A stretch of 64,000 nucleotides of DNA. Origin: Biomphalaria glabrata (taxonomy: Eukaryota). Of the stretch, positions 61,795 to 64,000 are shown in pieces (position 1 is the first letter of the stretch; each line of letters begins with the position of its first letter). The position numbers were made by a program, and so were the translations under genes. The notes below the pieces were generated by a model, which did not search any database, was not told the origin of the DNA, and saw only the letters and a list, made by a program, of their open reading frames with translations. The DNA is taken from positions 24,176,637 through 24,240,636 of the forward strand of contig NC_074716.1 in the NCBI RefSeq assembly GCF_947242115.1, written 5' to 3'.

Positions 61795-61905
61795 ATTAGT
61801 AAGTATTAGACTAGAATCTAGATAAACTATATCTAGTCTAGATATACTATACTAGTATAACTAGATCTATAGATCTAGTATCTATAGGTCTAGCTCTATT
61901 CGGTA
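61795..61905. repeat. TCTAGA-rich palindromic block
   Basis: Motif composition as above; with 60960-61080 it brackets a GC-rich about 700-bp segment. Confidence 0.7.
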
Positions 61906-63096
61906 ATAGTTTAGATACGCAGATACCTTTGCCGACCACCGTGTTGTTTGTTAACAATATTTATCTCCCTTACCTATATTGAACTTTCAATAACTTTTTT
62001 TAAAGAGAGTTTTTGTTCTTATGCTGTCAACTTATGATTTTTTAAGTGTATTTACTGAAATGAAGGTCTAAATAAAATGTTATTAATAAATTGATGAACT
62101 TGTTGTTTCTTCTTTTTTTTTTCTACTTATGAAATTATTAATTAAAAAATATGTGTTAACAATTAGATCTATAATTAATATATTAACTCACCAAGCAAAG
62201 CGAAATAATGATAAAATAAAAAAAACAAATATGCATGAATTAAATGAAATGAAACACGCATCTATATATACATGTTATGTTTAATTTTTATTTTTTTTGA
62301 ACAAAATTATGCATTATGACTTAGTGATCTTTTTAGAGCAATGACAATAAATGATGTAGATCTAGTACGGGAAACTTATTACTATAAGAAATAATACTTT
62401 TATGTTTATCTGTTGATGATTAAGACTACAGTTAGATCTATACATTTCTAACGAATTTTGAGCGCTCTCTATTTTCGTAAAATCACACCACGAAGAGAAA
62501 GAATTTTATGAAGCTGACACAGATCAGTGTCCCTTTCTCTTTCGCCGTAAGGTCTTCTGAGTGGAGTCTACTGTCTACCAGAGATTTTTTGGCGTGTGTT
62601 TTATGATCAGATAGGACTAATGTCTGTGTTTATAACTCTTACCACTACATCTGGCTCCACTTCTCTTGGAGGGAGGATAGGTCGAGTGTAACTAGATCAC
62701 GAACGTCTTTGTTAAACGTTACGTAGCACCTGTTAAACTATCATGTTTCACAATCTGAAATTTACTTTGCGTAGAGTGGGGAACAAAAGCCAATGTATAA
62801 AGAAACAGGTAAGAAGCATATACACTACTATTTAGATAATTTATGCATCTTTACTTTCGGAGTTCATTAAAAAAAAACAACTCCTCACCTATTACACTAA
62901 ATTTGTTTAAGATGTGTAGTTGTGTGTGTGTGGGGGGGGGGTAGCGACTCCACCTACCAACCCTTCTCTTCACATGGATCCACTAGCGCCCATGTATTAC
63001 ATTCCGTTACGGATTCCAAATCAAGTTTTTCTCTCCCGCCGTACCGTACAGGTGGCGATTGTCTCCATTTATTCTTACGTACCTTTAAACCCTAGC

Positions 63097-63258
63097 TGCG
63101 CCGGCCGTCACACGCGATCTTTGTCTTTACGGCAGAACTAGGTGTGATGTAATCACCTTCCCCTGTTCGGAGCTTCGCTGCGCCGGCCGACACACGCGAT
63201 CTTTGTCTTTACGGCAGAACTAGGTGTGATGTAATCACCTTCCCCTGCTCGGAGCTTC
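63097..63258. repeat. 81-bp GC/CpG-rich tandem duplication (x2)
   Basis: gctgcgccggccg(t/a)cacacgcgatctttgtctttacggcagaactaggtgtgatgtaatcaccttcccctg(t/c)tcggagcttc is repeated head-to-tail. Confidence 0.9.
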
Positions 63259-63473
63259 GCCGGCGCCGTGGTCATATTAGGTCATCTACTGCTAGGATCG
63301 CTGGTATGCTCATAAAGGGAGAAGGGCAAGGTACGGTGTTTTACTTGGTCAAAATTTATCCTTCTTCGCTTTCTTTGTCGGTTCGTTTCACCGACATGCA
63401 GTTCAACTGAGGTCTAGTCGGATGAGACTAAGACTGAAACGTGATGCAACATAAACCATGTCACGATCAAAAC

Positions 63474-63612
63474 TCTCTTGGTTGTATCCTATAATGTCGG
63501 CCAGCTTGTACAGATAGTTATGTACGACAAAAACTCCCGTGGTTGGATCATATCGTGTTGGCCGGCAGTCTATAAGTAGTTACATCAAGAAGTAGTTATG
63601 TATGACAAATAC
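63474..63612. repeat. About 65-bp imperfect tandem duplication
   Basis: ctcttggttgtatcctataatgtcggccagcttgtacagatagttatgtacgacaaaaa is followed by ctcccgtggttggatcatatcgtgttggccggcagtctataagtagtta...gtagttatgtatgacaaa. Confidence 0.6.
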
Positions 63613-64000
63613 ACTCTGATTGTCATAGAGTCTAGTCCCCCTCCCCTATTTGGTCCACAGAAGTAGTGACATAGTATTTTTATCTTGAAGCTCTTTCATC
63701 TCATTAAAGAGATTTGATAAAGCCTTTGATTTTCATCGCCCCATCCCTATTTGGAGCCATCACAAGGTTACTAACTGTGATGCCATTGTAACATTTCCCG
63801 AATCTGTTATAAAAGCAGTTCCCTTCCACTCTTCAAGCCTATCATTACTTTCTCTACCTTGTTGTAGATATTGTTTGTTCTTATATTGTGCATTGTTTTT
63901 CATTCAATATGATTATAAGTTACCTTACAAAATAAGATAGAAGGATAAAGAACTTGTACTTATAGCTACCATATTTTTTTTTAACAGCAGCATATGGAGC

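Noticed and set aside
62920-63141. 73-aa ORF in the GC-rich region
   Set aside because: It has no start context or homology, and overlaps tandem-repeat and poly-G sequence.

Overview
This window is eukaryotic nuclear DNA, not a prokaryotic locus. It is about 68% AT and CpG-poor, carries GT-AG introns and is full of metazoan transposons (probably an invertebrate animal). Three things dominate it. (1) A nearly complete ASK1/MAP3K5-like stress MAP3K gene lies on the + strand. I reconstructed about 39 coding exons from position 120 to the TAA stop at 42466, following splice-site phase through every intron. The 5' end probably lies upstream of the window. The kinase domain carries the [21 protein letters not shown] and APE motifs, and there is a conserved RSxSxP (14-3-3 type) motif and a C-terminal SAM-like tail. 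(2) A convergent, compact TOLLIP gene (C2 + CUE domains) lies on the - strand, with 7 coding exons from 52941 down to 50270. (3) The rest is a repeat landscape. There is an RTE-like non-LTR retrotransposon with an APE+RT ORF of about 905 aa interrupted by one in-frame TGA, and a 5'-truncated non-LTR RT fragment with an (ATT)n tail inside an ASK1 intron. A 2.87-kb non-autonomous TIR DNA transposon with roughly 70-bp TIRs sits about 350 bp upstream of the TOLLIP ATG. Two tRNA-derived SINE copies lie in the ASK1 3' introns, one trailing a TTTCAG-containing tandem array that ends 60 bp before the final acceptor. There are several minisatellites, a recurrent family of TCTAGA-rich palindromic blocks, and a clustered 24-bp GC-rich motif in the first large intron. 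No tRNA or rRNA genes, CRISPR arrays or operon-like systems are present. The hunt therefore concentrates on unusual repeat architectures, candidate regulatory islands and unresolved splicing choices.
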